NCBI RefSeq assembly: GCF_004010195.1
Contig: NC_057719.1
Span: 29,632,419-29,696,418, forward strand
Source: Chiloscyllium plagiosum
Taxonomy: Eukaryota
Direction: 5' to 3'
DNA length: 64,000 nt
The translations under genes and the position numbers were made by a program. Shown one piece after another: positions 1 through 13,742 of this stretch (the stretch's first letter is position 1; each line of letters begins with the position of its first letter). Under the pieces are notes generated by a model. The model was not told the origin of the DNA and searched no databases. It saw nothing but the letters and a program-made list of their open reading frames with translations.

Positions 1-1380
1 GAAGTATACACACTTGAACCCATCTCTGTGTCCGCAAGTATTCCCTGTCAGTGCTACCTTCTCCACAGCCTCCCTACATTTTTGGACATCCTGAAAAACA
101 GCTAACCTACTTGCTGGACTACAAGTCCGGTTCCCATTCCTCTGCCAAATTAGTTTAAACCCCCCCCCGAAGAGTGCTAGGAAACCTACCTCCCAGGATA
201 TTGGTGCCCTTCTGGTTCAGGTGCAACCCGTCCTGCTTGTACAGGTCCCAACTTCCCCAGAATGCAGTCCAATTGTCTAAATACCTGGAGCCCTCTCTCC
301 TACACCATCCTTGCAGCCATGTGTTCAACTGCACTCTCTCCCTATTCCTTGCCTCACTGTCACATGGCACCGGCAACAACCCAGAGATGACGACTCTGTC
401 CATCCTAGCTTTTAGCTTCCAGCCCAACTCCCTGAGCTCCTGAATGACCTCCCCACCCCTCTTCCTACCTATGTCGTTGGTGCCAATGTGCACCACAACT
501 TCTGGCTACACACCCTCCCCCTTAAGGATTCTGAAGGCACAGTCCGAGACGTCTCGGACCCTGGCACCCGGGAGGCAACAAACCAACCGAGAGTCTCCTG
601 GCACCCGGGAGGCAACAAACCAACCGAGAGTCTCGCCCATGTCCACAGAACTGCCTGTCTGTTCCTCTAACTATAGAGTCTCCTATAACTAGCGCTCTCC
701 TCCTCTCCCCCTTTCCCTTCTGAGCCTCAGAGCCAGATCTCGTGCCAGAGACCCGGTCACTGCAGCTTACCCTTGCTAGGCCGTCCCACCTCAACAGTAT
801 CCAAAGCAGTATACTTATTGTTGAGGGGAACGACCACAGGGAATCACTGCACTGCCTGTTTCCTCCCCTTCCCACCTCTAACTGTTACCCAGCTACCTCT
901 GTTCTCTGGCGTAACTATGTCCCTGTAGCTTCCATCTATCACCCTCTCAGCCTCTCAAATAATTCTCAGTTCATCCAACTCCAGCTCCAGTTCCCTAACG
1001 CGGTCTGTGAGGAGCTGGAGCTGGCTGCACTTCCTGCAGATGAAGTCAGCAGGAGCATCGGTGGTCACCCCTACCTCAAATGTCCTGCAGGAGGAACATT
1101 CCACTGCCTGCACTGCCATAACTCTACACTTAGTCTCCAAAACAAGAACACCAAGTAGCTTACCTTTTTTTTAGGTTAGAGGAGGGAGGGTGGGTGTCAC
1201 TACACGTGTAGTGTCTCGGGTTCCTTCTCCACTCAAATAACAATTACTTACCTTCCCGACCGGCTTTGCGCTCCGACTTCACTTCTGCCCAGCTCCCGCC
1301 GCTCTCTGCTGCAAAAAGACCGTTGGCGTCGAGGTACGTTCTTAAATAATAATTACTTACCTTCCTGACCGGCTTTATGA
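1..1380 (-). mobile_element. CR1 LINE 5' portion: leader, frameshifted ORF1 (zinc finger, coiled coil, SGNH esterase) and start of ORF2
   Basis: ATG at 1119: CSSC..CRKC, then LTDRVRELELEL. Esterase blocks GDSIVRG, VHIGTND and DGLHLN in ORFs 522-875 and 155-496. FKCVYF (endonuclease start) at 1-18. Confidence 0.9.
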
Positions 1381-1534
1381 TGGTCCTGTGATACAGCAAT
1401 ATTTTCAATACAATAACTGAATTCTGGATTTTATAAAAGTAAGTAGATACATGGAAACAAAACCAAATAATTATTTTTCTCACTGGCTTGCAAGCATGCA
1501 TCTAGATTGTCTCCTGCCCCCAGTGCAGATAGAG

Positions 1535-1790
1535 GACATAGAGTCATAAAGCACAGACATAGATCCTTCATTCCAACTCATGTGCACCAACCAGAAATCC
1601 CAGTCTGATTTGGTCCCATTTGCCAGCATTTGGCCCATATCCCTCTAAACCCTTCCTATTCATATACTGATCCAGGTATCTTTTAAATGTTGTAATTGTA
1701 CTCGCCTCCACCACTTCCCCTGGCAGCTTGTGTCATACAGGCACCACCCTCTGTGTGAAAAAAAAATCACTCGACATCTGTCCTTCAAAT
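1535..1790 (-). mobile_element. CR1 LINE 3' end fragment
   Basis: Same 3' UTR as copies at 30305 and 45121 (ggcccatatccctctaaacccttcctattcat). Confidence 0.75.
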
Positions 1791-2229
1791 CCATAATCAA
1801 AAAACTTTGGTGTCAGCTCTCTCATATGCCCAGCCTTTCTCCACTCTTCTCAATCAGAGATTCAGTTTGTATAGGATGCTTAGTTTATTTTGCACAATGC
1901 ATATCCCGTTCAAAAGATGCAAGCAGCCTTTAAGTAGCGTTAGCCACTTACAATATTAAATCTGCCTACTGATGCTTGCAGCCAATGGATGACATAGGTA
2001 GCACTATGCTGCACATAGCAAAGGTACAAAAGAGCAGACATTAGAAATTGGAGAAACAATGAGCGGACAAAGGCTAATCATGCACCATGATCTCCCACAC
2101 TCATTTTCAGGTTTTTTGTAAACATCTAAATTAGGAGCAAAAGTAGAATATTTGACCCCTCAAGCCCGCTCTGCCATTCAATGAGATCACGACTGATATT
2201 CCATGGTCATGTCTTCTCACGAGTAAGCT

Positions 2230-3890
2230 GTGATTGGAAGGGTTCAAATTGGATAGATTAGAAGTGTTGGATAGATTATCAGGAGTTAAAGTTGATGAGG
2301 TACCAGGACTGATGAGATGCATACAAGGATATTGATGGAAGTGAAAGGTGAAACAGCAGAGACACTGACCAGAATACAGTCTTTCTAGACTCAGGCAATC
2401 TGCCAGAGGAATGGAGAATTGCAAAAACTATGAACTTGTTCAAAAAGTTTATAAGGATAAACCCAACAATTATATAGATCAGTCAGTTTAACTTATGTAG
2501 ATGGAATAATTCCCAAATATAATTATTTGGCAGGGATATAGTAGTCACATGGAAAAAGAAGAGCTGATTCGGAAGATTATGCAGAGACATACAGTACCAC
2601 ACACACACTTGTGAGAAACTTATAGCCTGTGGAATAATAGGGACAGTAACAACATAGATACAAAATTGGCTGAGTAATAAGAAATAAAGAATAATGATGA
2701 ATTTTCAAGATGGAGAAAAGCTTGTAATTGGAGTTCCCCCAGGGTCAGTATTGGGACCTTTGCTTTCCAAATATCTATTAATCTTGATTTTGACATGCAG
2801 GAAACAGTTTCAAAGTTTGCAAGTGACAAAAAAAAATTGGAAGCATTGCGAACTACGAAGATAGTGAAAAATGGGAGGGACCTGCATGTGTATGTGCATA
2901 TATATTTCAAAGTATGAGAGGTGGAGAGTGCAGTAAATAAAGCATACAGTATCCTGGAACAATAGCAAAGTACTGGAGATGCTAGAGATCTGAAAATAAA
3001 AGCAGAAAATGCTTTGGCAAGTTAGGAGCGGAGTTAGCAATTGTGATAATCTGAGCTTCTGACCTACTCTATAGTATATAGGCAGCACGGTGGCTCAGTG
3101 GTTAGCACTGCTGCCTCACAACGCCAAAGAACCGGGTTCAATTCCAGCCTTGGATCTGTGTGGAGTTTGCATATTCTCCGCATGTCTGCATGGGTTTCCG
3201 CCGGTTGTTCCCACAGTCCAAGTATGTACAGATTAGGTGGATTGGATTTACTAAATTGTCTGCAGTGTCCAGGGAGCAGATGAGATGGATCAGCTTGGTA
3301 AATGTGGGATTATGGGGATAAGGTGAGGCTGAATCTTGGCGAGATGCTCTTTGGAGGGTGCAGACTCATTGGGCTGAATGGTCTCTTGCCACACTGTACA
3401 GAATCTATGATTTTTATGACAAGTCTAGTTTAGTTTCTGATCAATGGCAAACCCCAGGAGGTTATGAAGATAGGTTAAGGCTGTTCTCCTTGGAGAGAAG
3501 GCAGTGTAAAGGAGATCTGATATCAGTTTTTAAAATTGTGAAATAGTTGAATAGGTTAGATATGGATAATTTGTTTCTGCTTGTATAATATTGAGGCTTT
3601 GAGAGCACAGATTTAAAGGGATTTGTAAAAATAGCAAATGTGATATGACAGAAAATATTTTCATACAATTAGTGCTTTAGATCTGGAATACTCCACCTGG
3701 AAATATGGTTGAGATGGTTCCGTTGAGGCAGTCAAGAAGGTGTTAGAGGATTACTTGAACTCCAACAATTCACATGGGTATGGAAAAAAGGCAGAACATT
3801 GGCACTTAGTCATAATGCTCATTTGGAGAGTTGGTAGAAATGGAGATATGACAGGCTGAATGTCCCCCTTCTGCGCCGCAATATATCTGT
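2230..3890 (+). mobile_element. Old degraded CR1 ORF2 and 3' end, interrupted by a SINE
   Basis: Remnants of GVPQGSVLGPLLF, KFA.D and LFSLERR motifs. Confidence 0.65.
3081..3420 (+). mobile_element. tRNA-derived V-SINE (HE1-like)
   Basis: A-box tggctcagtgg, B-box ggttcaattcc, V-core tgtgtggagtttgca...gggtttcc, CR1-like tail. Confidence 0.85.
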
Positions 3891-4166
3891 GATATGTCCA
3901 ATGACATTTGATTCCTTTGCCTAGCAAAAGCTATTCACCTCAGCCTTAAAAATATTCAACAGCTTTATTGCCTCTGGTGCCATCTGAGTTTCAAAATCAC
4001 ACAACCCACTGAAAAAAATCTCATCTGTTTTTATGAATCTTATCCATATTGACTGCCTTTAATGTGTCATTTTGATTGTAGTTCTGTGCTAAAACATTCT
4101 CTTTACATTATACCTAATAACTTATTCTTCCATTTAACTCTCAAACCATTTTATAGAAACAGCTAC

Positions 4167-4925
4167 TGTTATGAAGTTGAAGGCATTTACTGTACCTTTA
4201 AGCAAGAATGAATGCTGTTCTCATCTGAGAGATTACAAGCACCTTTGTATGACTAGATGGCAGTCCCAGAGTGTACTGGAAAATTGAAAAGATGTAACAT
4301 TTGACTGTGAAATGGATACCTCAGTTTTGGTTGCTGTTTTGACAACAATTCAAATTTAACCAGTTTAAATTATCCCCCAGGATACTAAAACCCAATAGAG
4401 TTTGAATTTATTGATTTGCCAACATCCAACCAATGAGACGATCCAATGTTGGGGATATAAAAATGCAGGCATTTTGAAAATTGGAGAGAGAGCAACTGCC
4501 AGCAACACAGATCCAAAAAATTAGGAAACACTCTCTATCAAAGGTACATTTTCATAAGAAACATTCTTGCAGTAAAAAGAAAGAAGAAGCAGGGAATTCC
4601 GGAGCCGGAAGAGTGAAGTCACAGAAAACCACAGCAGTTGTGTGGTTTTGAAATTAAGTTATTGTAATTTTAGTAAGTGTCTGATTGGAACAGCATTTTA
4701 TTATGGAGTTGGAGGCAGATAATAAGCAGATAAGAGAAAGTAGGGCTTAGAATTATGTATAGTTGTTGTTTAATGTTCACTTTTAGAATTAATTAATATT
4801 ATTTTCTTTAAATAGTGGAATTTGGGAGTTCTCGATCACTCGTATTTTAACAGGTTACGAGGCGAGGTAAGCTTTTCTGGGTGTTTGGTTTAATTAACAG
4901 AAGGATTCATTGTCGTGTTATGACA
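4167..4925 (+). mobile_element. Solo LTR (Gypsy-type)
   Basis: TGTTATGA...TTATGACA termini, perfect 4-bp TSD ctac, TATA-like ggatataaaa; a related copy lies at 37292-37762. Confidence 0.8.
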
Positions 4926-5068
4926 CTACTGACTGCCTGACTGTTTTCCTCCAGATACTTAGCTTGAACCTACATCTTAGTTTTGCATTTGAGGTAAAAT
5001 GAGTACCAATTTTAAACATTGTTGCTGCCATGTCGGGGCAACCATGCATTTTTCATATTTGCTTTTTT

Positions 5069-5580
5069 TAGATTAGATTAATTTAGATTACTTACAATGT
5101 GGAAACAGGCCCTTCGGCCCAACAAACTGACTGTGTGGAGTTTGCACATTCTCCCCGTGTCTGCGTGGGTTTCCTCCGGGTGCTCCGGTTTCCTCCCACA
5201 GTCACAAAGATGTGCAGATTAGGTGAATTGGCCATGCTAAATTGCCCGTAGTGTTAGGTTAAAGGGGTAAATGTAGGGGTATGGGTGGGTTGCGCTTCGG
5301 CGGGTCGGTGTGGACTTGTTGGGCCGAAGGGCCTGTTTCCACACTGTAAGTAATCTAATCTAAGATCCACACCGACCTGCCTAAGTGCAACCCATCCAGA
5401 CCCATTCCCCTACATTTACTCCTTCACCTAACACTACAGGCAATTTTGCCTGGCCAATTCACCTAACCTGCACATTTTTGGATTGTGGGAGGAAACCAGA
5501 GCACCCAGAGGAAACCCACGCAGAAACGAGGAGAATGTGCAAACTCCTCACAGAGAGTCGCCTGAGGCAGGATTGAACTA
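5069..5580 (-). mobile_element. V-SINE (HE1-like) with a second, oppositely oriented copy nested at 5127-5363
   Basis: Minus-strand tail, then a plus-strand core ending in (taatc)n, then the minus-strand body resumes at gatccacaccgacc. Confidence 0.85.
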
Positions 5581-5915
5581 GCTACATTCATCACTGAAAA
5601 GGAAACAAAGAACTTCTATATTTTAGGAGCTGTTTTTGCATTTTCCTCCTAAAAGCATCACTCCTTGGCATGGCACAGTTCCCTGAATGCTGTTTTCCCT
5701 CCAATTCCTCGTGAATATTTATATTCAAGCCTTGACGATATGTTTCAATGTGCTATGTGATTACAGGGATAAAACAGCCAGATCCAATCCTGTTCTCACC
5801 CCATGAAATTAGGTAACTCAGTTTACACTGATGAGGTTAAATACTTTCTTAAGTTAAATACTCTAACCCGTGAACATAGACGATTACATGAATATTATAA
5901 AGTATGTTCAACTTA

Positions 5916-6089
<174 letters not shown>

Positions 6090-6992
6090 CTAAAAAAAAA
6101 GAAAAGATCCATTAAGGAAAGTAACACATTTCACAGTTTTAAAGAGATGAATTAATCTTCTACAAATTCACAGCATTTTTATGCTATTGAATGTTCTGCA
6201 AGAAATAATTGTCAAAACTGAAATAACAACTTTTAAAGGCGCATTAATTATAGAATCATAAACATAGGAGGTGCTCATTTGGGCAACTGTGTCCATGTCA
6301 GAAGGCAAAAGGAATTCATCCAATTTGAAAGTTACTATTCAATCGTCATCTGCCACTCTTTCAGGGAGTGCAGTCAGACCATCTTAAGTTACTGCAAATT
6401 TCACCTCCTTTCATCAATCACCTTTTACATCTGTGTCTTCTGATTTCTGACCTTTCTGCTCGCATGAACATTTGTCCTTTATTTAACCAAAACACCCGGA
6501 TAAATTTAAACTTCTCTATTAAAAATCTCCTTATCTTGCTCTGCTCTAAGATGAACAACATTAATTTCTCTAGGATCTCCATGCAATTGAAGTCATTTAT
6601 CCCTGTCACAAACCTATTAAGTCTTCTCTAGATTCTCTCCAAAGACATGACATCGTTCCTAAAATGTGATGATGCAACTTTCGCATTTTCGTACTCTATT
6701 CTGACATCGAAGACCCATCTGTCACTTTCAAAGCTTGGTATACATTAATCCCTTGATCATTCTGATACTTGAACTTTCTTTAAAAGTCTACCACTTCGTT
6801 GATAATACCTCTTCTTGTGGTTTCTTCCAAAGTCCATCATTTCACATTATTTTAAAGAAAATTTTAAAAGATTAGAGTCAAGGATAGCGAATGAGATTGA
6901 TTGGATATTTCTTTCAGAGAATGCAGATGTGGCAGAACACAAGACCAATTTCTGCACTGTAAATTGTCTACCAAAGTATGAAGCATATTTAC

Positions 6993-7213
6993 CTTTAAAT
7001 GGTAGATTTCACAGTTATTAACTATGAGATTGTTTCCCAAGTAGAGTTCTATTAAGGTGTATATTTTCTGTAAACAGCGTAGTGAACAAATGTTGTTGTT
7101 TTCTAGTGACAAATAGTGGAGATGCGTTAACTTGTCTAGACCACAGCCTTCCAAACTTTTCAATTGATTATTTCCAAGATTCAATCGAGTCAGTTTCATC
7201 AGCTTTGAAATCC
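6993..7213 (-). CDS. LRRC9: LRRC9 exon, (G)ISKLMKLTRLNLGNNQL...LIELYLGNNLIVNNCEIYHLK
   Basis: tag acceptor, gtaaat donor, 221 nt, phase 1/0. Completes the split Gly codon from the previous exon. Confidence 0.94.
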
Positions 7214-9174
7214 CTAATTGCAAGAAAAATTAATTAGTTAACAGTAACCCAGCAGGGATCAAGGAGCATCTTTTACACCCACAGGGTGCCCCAAAATCCA
7301 ACTAATTAATTACTAGTATAGTCATCATTGTTATGTAGGCAAATTCAGTAATCAATTCACATAAACTGCCATCAAATAAATTGCCAATTACTGTCTCTAC
7401 AATTGCCCAGACTTGATAGATTTAAAGAATATTATAATATAAGAATGAACCTTTGATTTATCATATAATGATTCAAGTAACACTAGGTAAATTACGTTGA
7501 AGATCTGTGGTTAGAATGTGCCCATCTCACTGGTCAAGCATTTTAAAAGAAAGATTAGCCCTCATAACAAATGATGACATAAGGTCATTAGTGAGAATGG
7601 ATTTTTGCTCAGAAAGTAGAATCAGTTTAGGAATAACACTGATACGGGTAATTTATGTCGGCCCAATCGTAATTACACCACTGAATGGAGCAAAATCTAA
7701 TTGGAGCTTTAAACAAAGACAACAGAATAATCGTTGATATTTAATCTTTGTATATATTGGACAAATCAAATTGGCTAAGGTGGTCTGGAAGATGGGTCTG
7801 TAGAATTATTTTGCAACAGTTTCCTAGAACAATATGTCCTAGAACCAATAGGAAATAGAGCTATTTTAGATCCTTAGATTTCGCATTTTTAATTAGGCAG
7901 TTTTAATTAGCAATCGCATAATAAAAGAGGCTCTGCAATAGGGTTATAGTACAACTGAATTCCATATTAAGTTTGAAAGTGGCACATTCCAATCTCAAAT
8001 AAATTTCTTAAACTTAAAGAAAGAAAATTCCATGGATACGGGAATTTCAAAAAAATTACATTCAATTAGAAAAAAAAACAAAAAAAATCCATCCATTGCT
8101 TCTAGCAAGTTGTTTTATTGACCATCACCATTAACAACCACAACCATGGTTGTGGCAGGACTACAGAGCTTAGATCTGATACAGTGAATGATCACTTGTC
8201 TCTTTGTGTTCTATGCCGTTTGCCCCGTGTTGTGCCTTCACTAGGCTTGCACCTTGTTTCTGTTTGTCTGTGCTGCTCCTGGCATGTTCTCCTGCACTTC
8301 ACTGAATCAGGTCTGGTCCCAGCTTGATGGTAATTGTAGACTGGGGGATATACTGGGTTAATAGGTTACAGATCATGGTTCAATGGAATTCTGCTGCTAC
8401 TGATGGCTCATTGTGCTTTGTATATGCCACTTTAGAGTTGCTGGATAAGTTTAAAATTTATGCTCATTACCATTCAACACAATGGAGAGGATCCTCAATG
8501 TGAAGTTGGTAATTTATCTCCACAAGGTTGATGGTCACTCCTACAAATGCTGTCATGGACAGATGCATCTGTGGTAGGTTGACTGGAAAGGGCTAGGTCA
8601 AGTACGTTTTTGCCTCTTGTTGGTTCTCTCACCATCTGCTGCAGACCTAGAGTATATTCTGTACCCTTACCACTCTGTGTTTCTTTCAGTTGGTGTTCAA
8701 CATGGAGAAGTATTAATAATCAGTTGAGAAGGAAGTGGTAGGTCAAAATCAGCAGATTCTCTTGATCATGTTTAACCTGCCATGAGGCTGTACATGGTCT
8801 GGAGTCAGTGCTGAGGACCTACAAGACAGATGCCAGTTGTGAATCATATTGCTGCCACCTCTGGTGAGTCTGCCATGGTGGTGGGAATGGACATACCCAG
8901 AGATAGGAATCATGAGGTCTGGGATATGGTCAGTTAGGCTCATTGCATCATACATTACTATGTCAGGTTGTTGCTTGACAAGTCCCCAAGAGAGCTATCC
9001 CAATTTTATACATGCCAGACATATAGCAGAGGGATGGTGACAAAAAAGTTATTTAGCATTTAGAAGAATGAGAGCTCATTCCACTGAAACTGAGTTTTGA
9101 AGGGGCTCTCTAAGATAAGATACTGAGAGATTGTTTCCATGACTGGGGAACATAAATCATGTTCCAAACTTAGG

Positions 9175-9460
9175 CTACTGGCTGTATGGAATTTGCACAA
9201 TCTCACCATGTCTGTGTGGGCTTCTGCCAGGTGCTCCAGTTTCCCCCCACAGTCCAAAGATGTGCATGTTAGGTGGATTGGCCATGCTAAATCATTAAGT
9301 GTTCAGGGATGTGTAAGTTAGGTGCATTGGCCATGGGAAATGCAGGGTTATAGAGAAAGGTTGGGTGGGGAGGAATGGGCTGGGTGGGATACTCTTCATA
9401 GGATTGGTGTGGACTTGTTGGGCCACTTGTTTCCACTGCAGGGATTCTATGGACTCTCCT
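9175..9460 (+). mobile_element. 5'-truncated V-SINE
   Basis: V-core ...cccacagtccaaagatgtgcatgttaggtggattggccatgctaaa. Confidence 0.75.
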
Positions 9461-9991
9461 ATGTTGGTGAAGCCTCAAAATGAGGACAACCATTTAGCAC
9501 TGAGTTGAGAGAAATTTCACTCAAAAGGTTGTGAAGTTTTAGAATTAATTTAGCCCAGAAGGTTGTGAGTGACTGATTGTTGAGTATACTTAAGACTAGC
9601 ATCAATTGATTTTTCTCACCGGAAATCAAAGGATCAAGAGGCACAGGCAGAAAAGCAAGTTAAAGTACAAGATCAGGCATGCTCATATTGAATGACAGGA
9701 GCTGGCTTGCAATGGTGTATGGTCTTATGAATATCACAACACCAGAAGAATTGGGCAGTATCCATGGCTCACTACATATCCCAAGAGAATAAAAAAAATG
9801 TTATGTCCGCTTTCAATCAACAAATCAGCAGCTAGTTTTAAATTCTCCTCAGCTGACTGTATGTTCATGTCTAGTTGAGACTTGAACTGCAAACACATGA
9901 TTCTCAACATGCTCGCTTGGAAAAGCTCTTACTTCAGTGTAAAAGCTGCTAATTTGGTTTTGGAATGATAAAGTTTGTTTACCAAGTATTA

Positions 9992-10249
<258 letters not shown>

Positions 10250-10577
10250 TCAAAATATAAAAGGACATATGATTTAGAGATAGGATATAGGTATTGTTAA
10301 CAACTGAGCTACCATTTATAAAACTGCAGTACAAATGAACACTTTAGATAGCTTTGTAATTAACTGGTCATATGAATAAGTCATACGTTTGAATAGGTTG
10401 TATAAATTTCTTGAAGTGTATTAGGACTTTACAGCAAGTCCTGGTTTACCAGGGCACTCAGAAGGTCGGAAGAACACAGAGTAATCTTGGGGTGCTTGTC
10501 CACAAATTTCTGCAAGTGGAAGTTTAAGTTTCTATGGTAGTTAAGGCAGCATATGGGACACTTGCCTTTATCAATGA

Positions 10578-12345
10578 AGTCATGATTTGGAGATGCCGAT
10601 GTTGGACTGGGGTGTACAAAGTTACAAATCACTCAACACTAGGTTATAGTCCAACAGGTTTATTTGGAAGCGCTAGCTTTCGGAGTGCTGTTCCTTCATC
10701 AGGTGATTGTGAGAATAAGATTGCAAGATACAGAATTTATAGCAAAAGTTTTCAGTGTGAGGTAACTGAAATTATGTATTGAAAAAGATTGTTTGTAAAG
10801 TCTCTCATCTTTTAGAATGACCATGTTTTTTCAGTTCTTTCTTATGTAAGCTGCAAAAACTTTTTTAAAAGTTACATTCTCAAGTGCACTTTAACAATTG
10901 GTGTCATGTCGGCCCAGATAAGGTATTGAAGGTGTTAACTCCCTGTGAGGCTGTCTGTACCACAATGGGCAGACTGATTCTAATCTAAAAAACTGATTTA
11001 CAGAGTCTTACATGGATTCATGCAGCTTTTGAGCAAAGTAAAATGCAATTCTGCAAGTACAAATTCACCCCACCTGTCTGTGTGTATAGTGCAATGGGGT
11101 CATTTGTAGTGTGACATGAACCCAAGGTCCCAGTTGAGGCCATCCCCATGGGTACCAAACTTTGCTATCAGCCTGTGCTTGGCCACCTTTCGTTGTTGTC
11201 TGTCCCAAAGTCCGAGATAAACAACGTTGGCTGAGTCGCATGAGTGCCTGCCATGTATATGGTGTGAGATGTCCTCACGTGTAATGGTGGTATCTGTGTC
11301 AACAGTCTGACATATCTTGCAGCGTCTACCATGACAAAGTTGTATGGTATTGTCCTGAAAGCCAGGCAGTTTGCTACAAACAATGATCTGTTTGAGGCTG
11401 TTTAAAGGCGAGAAGTGGAGGTGTGGGGAAGGTCTGAGTGAGGAGCTCATCCTCATTGATGATGTGTTGCAGGCTGCGAAGAACATGGCATAGTTTTTCA
11501 TCTCCTGGGAAGTGCTGGACAACAAAGGGTACCCTGTCGGTTGCAGCTCGTGTCTGTCCCCTGAGGAGATCATTACAGTTCCTCGCTGTGGCAGGTCAGA
11601 ACTGGCAATCGATGAGTTGAGCATCGTACCCTGTTCTTATGAGGGCATCCGAGTACTTCCAGGTGCCCATCATGTTCCACCTCATCTGAACAGATCCTGT
11701 CTACGTGTAGGGCTTGTCCATAGGGAATGGCTGTTTTAATATGTTTCGGGTGGAAGCTGGAAAAGTGTAGCATCGTGAGGTTATCCGTGGGTTTGCGGTA
11801 GTGAAGTGCTGAGGTGTCCATTCTTAATGGAGATTCATGTGTCCAAGAATGGTGAGTTTGATGGTGGGATGCAACTTGTTGATATCACTGTGTAATTTTT
11901 GCAGTGACTCCTCTTCATGGGTCCAGAGGAAGAAAATGTCATCAATGTACCTGGAGTATAGTGTTGGTTGGAGGTCCTGTGTAGAGAAGAAGTCTTGTTC
12001 AAACCTGTGCATGAAAATGTTGGCATATTGGGAGACCATGGGTGTTCCATGTGTCTGAATGAAGAACTGGTTGTCAAAGGTGAAGACGTTGTGATCGAAG
12101 ATAAAGCAGATGAGTTGTAGGACAGTGCTCGGAGATTGGTAGTTGTTGGTGTTGAGTACCAAGGCTGTTGCCGTGATGCTGTCATTGTGGAGGATGCAGG
12201 CATAGAGTGCTGAAACATCCATTGTGATGAGGAATGTTCCTAGTTTGATTGGTCTGTGGGTGCTGAGTTTCTGTAAGAAATCTATATCTGGGGGTCCTCT
12301 GTACAATGGGTTTCAAGATGTCTTCAACATAGCCAGAGAGCTTCT
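10578..12345 (-). mobile_element. Penelope-like retroelement: degraded RT, GIY-YIG endonuclease and 3' pLTR
   Basis: Translations MDVSALY, QTHGTPM..YANIFM, RYIDDIF, YRKPTD..HP.HIK.AIP, C.GRRCKIC, C.SANVVY and LIAKFGTHGDGLN. Hammerhead in the pLTR. Confidence 0.9.
10671..10705 (-). ncRNA. Minimal type I hammerhead ribozyme motif (PLE family A)
   Basis: cac-CUGAUGA-a-GGAacagcacUCC-GAAA-GC-UA-gcg. Palindromic AGCU stem III; stems I and II carry mismatches. Confidence 0.65.
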
Positions 12346-12920
12346 CTGGAGCAAAGAAAGTTAGTGGGGACTTGATAAGATGATTATGGGCCGAATGGAA
12401 GCAGCCATTCTCCTTTGTTAAAGGATCATGAACAAGGTATCATAATTTTAAGATGAAAGGCACAGGGGATTTGAGAAAAAAAATGTTTTAATCTAAAAGG
12501 ATGATGGGGTCTGGAATGGAACTACCTGGGTGGGTGGTTGAGGCAAGTAACCTCATGAGCTTTAAAAAGTACTTGGATAAGCAACTGAAATATCACAACA
12601 TTCAAGGCTATGGGCATAGTGCTGAAAAATGGGATTAATAGGGAATTAGTGTAGAAAAGAAACAATGAACTGCAGATGCTAGAAATTAGAAACAAAAAGA
12701 GAAATTGCTTGAAAAACTCAGCAGGTCTAGCAGTACCTGTGGAGAGAAAGCAGAGTTAACATTTCAGGTCCAGAGTAGCTGGATTTCTTCAGAATCACCA
12801 TCTGAGGCAGACAGTTCCAAAGGCACATAATCCTCAAAGATAAAAATTCCACTTTTTTTTCTTAAAAGGGTGACACCTAATTTCAAAACAGTATCCTCTA
12901 GTTATTCTCACTCACCCTCT

Positions 12921-13742
12921 GCTGAGAGGGATGAGATTTACATATATATATTAATATCAGTTTGGATTTTAAAATAGTGATATGTCTACATAGTAGTTTT
13001 AAAAGAAGAAATAAGTCAGATTGTTCATTTGTAACTGTGACCTGATATAATATGTATTTGAGAGTGAGGACTCTGGAATGTTCATGGAAAATTGTTTATA
13101 CTATGCTGGTTTATGATAGCAATTATAAACATTGAAGGCTGTAAGATTTGTTTTCAATTCTGGATAATCAAGGAATGATTTTAGCTGAAGAAAACCAGAG
13201 ATTAGAATTTTTGGGTAGTGCTGAGGAGACCTGACTAGGTTCAGATGCAAATATAGTTACTTTTTCCTCTAGAAATGAGCCTAGAACAGCTCAATAAAAA
13301 AAAGTGTAACTTCCAGATCAGAAGTGTTTAGTTAGAGATTTGCAGGGTATTAGAAGTTGATAAAGTCAAAGGATTCAGTTTTGAGAGTATTCATGTAAGA
13401 CAACTACATGGGTCACAGGAAAGAACTGCCGAGTTAAGTCAAACATAAAGATTTGATTTTGAGGATAGTTTCTCCAGATTTGAGTCTCTATAATAATGAT
13501 AGTGTCAGGAAACAGGATTTGCTTAAGAGTGTGTTTTAAGACAATTTTAAATAATGTTCTGTACTTAAACAGTTTCGTTTTCATTAATTGTTTCGTGAAC
13601 TTTTGTTCAATTGTTAAAGAAATTCTGCAGTCTTGTATGACCATGTTTTAGTAATTGTTAACTAACCAAAAAAGGATCTATCAAACCATGTTTCATTCTG
13701 AGAACTGACTTCACAATCATAATGTCAGGTAGGATTATACCA
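12921..13742 (+). mobile_element. LTR-like repeat inserted in a CR1 fragment
   Basis: TG...CA ends. Both ends resemble the reverse complement of 18240-18826. Confidence 0.35.

Noticed and set aside
3081..3150. tRNA gene (also 20180-20250)
   Set aside because: tRNA-derived SINE head continuing into the V-core; no complete cloverleaf.
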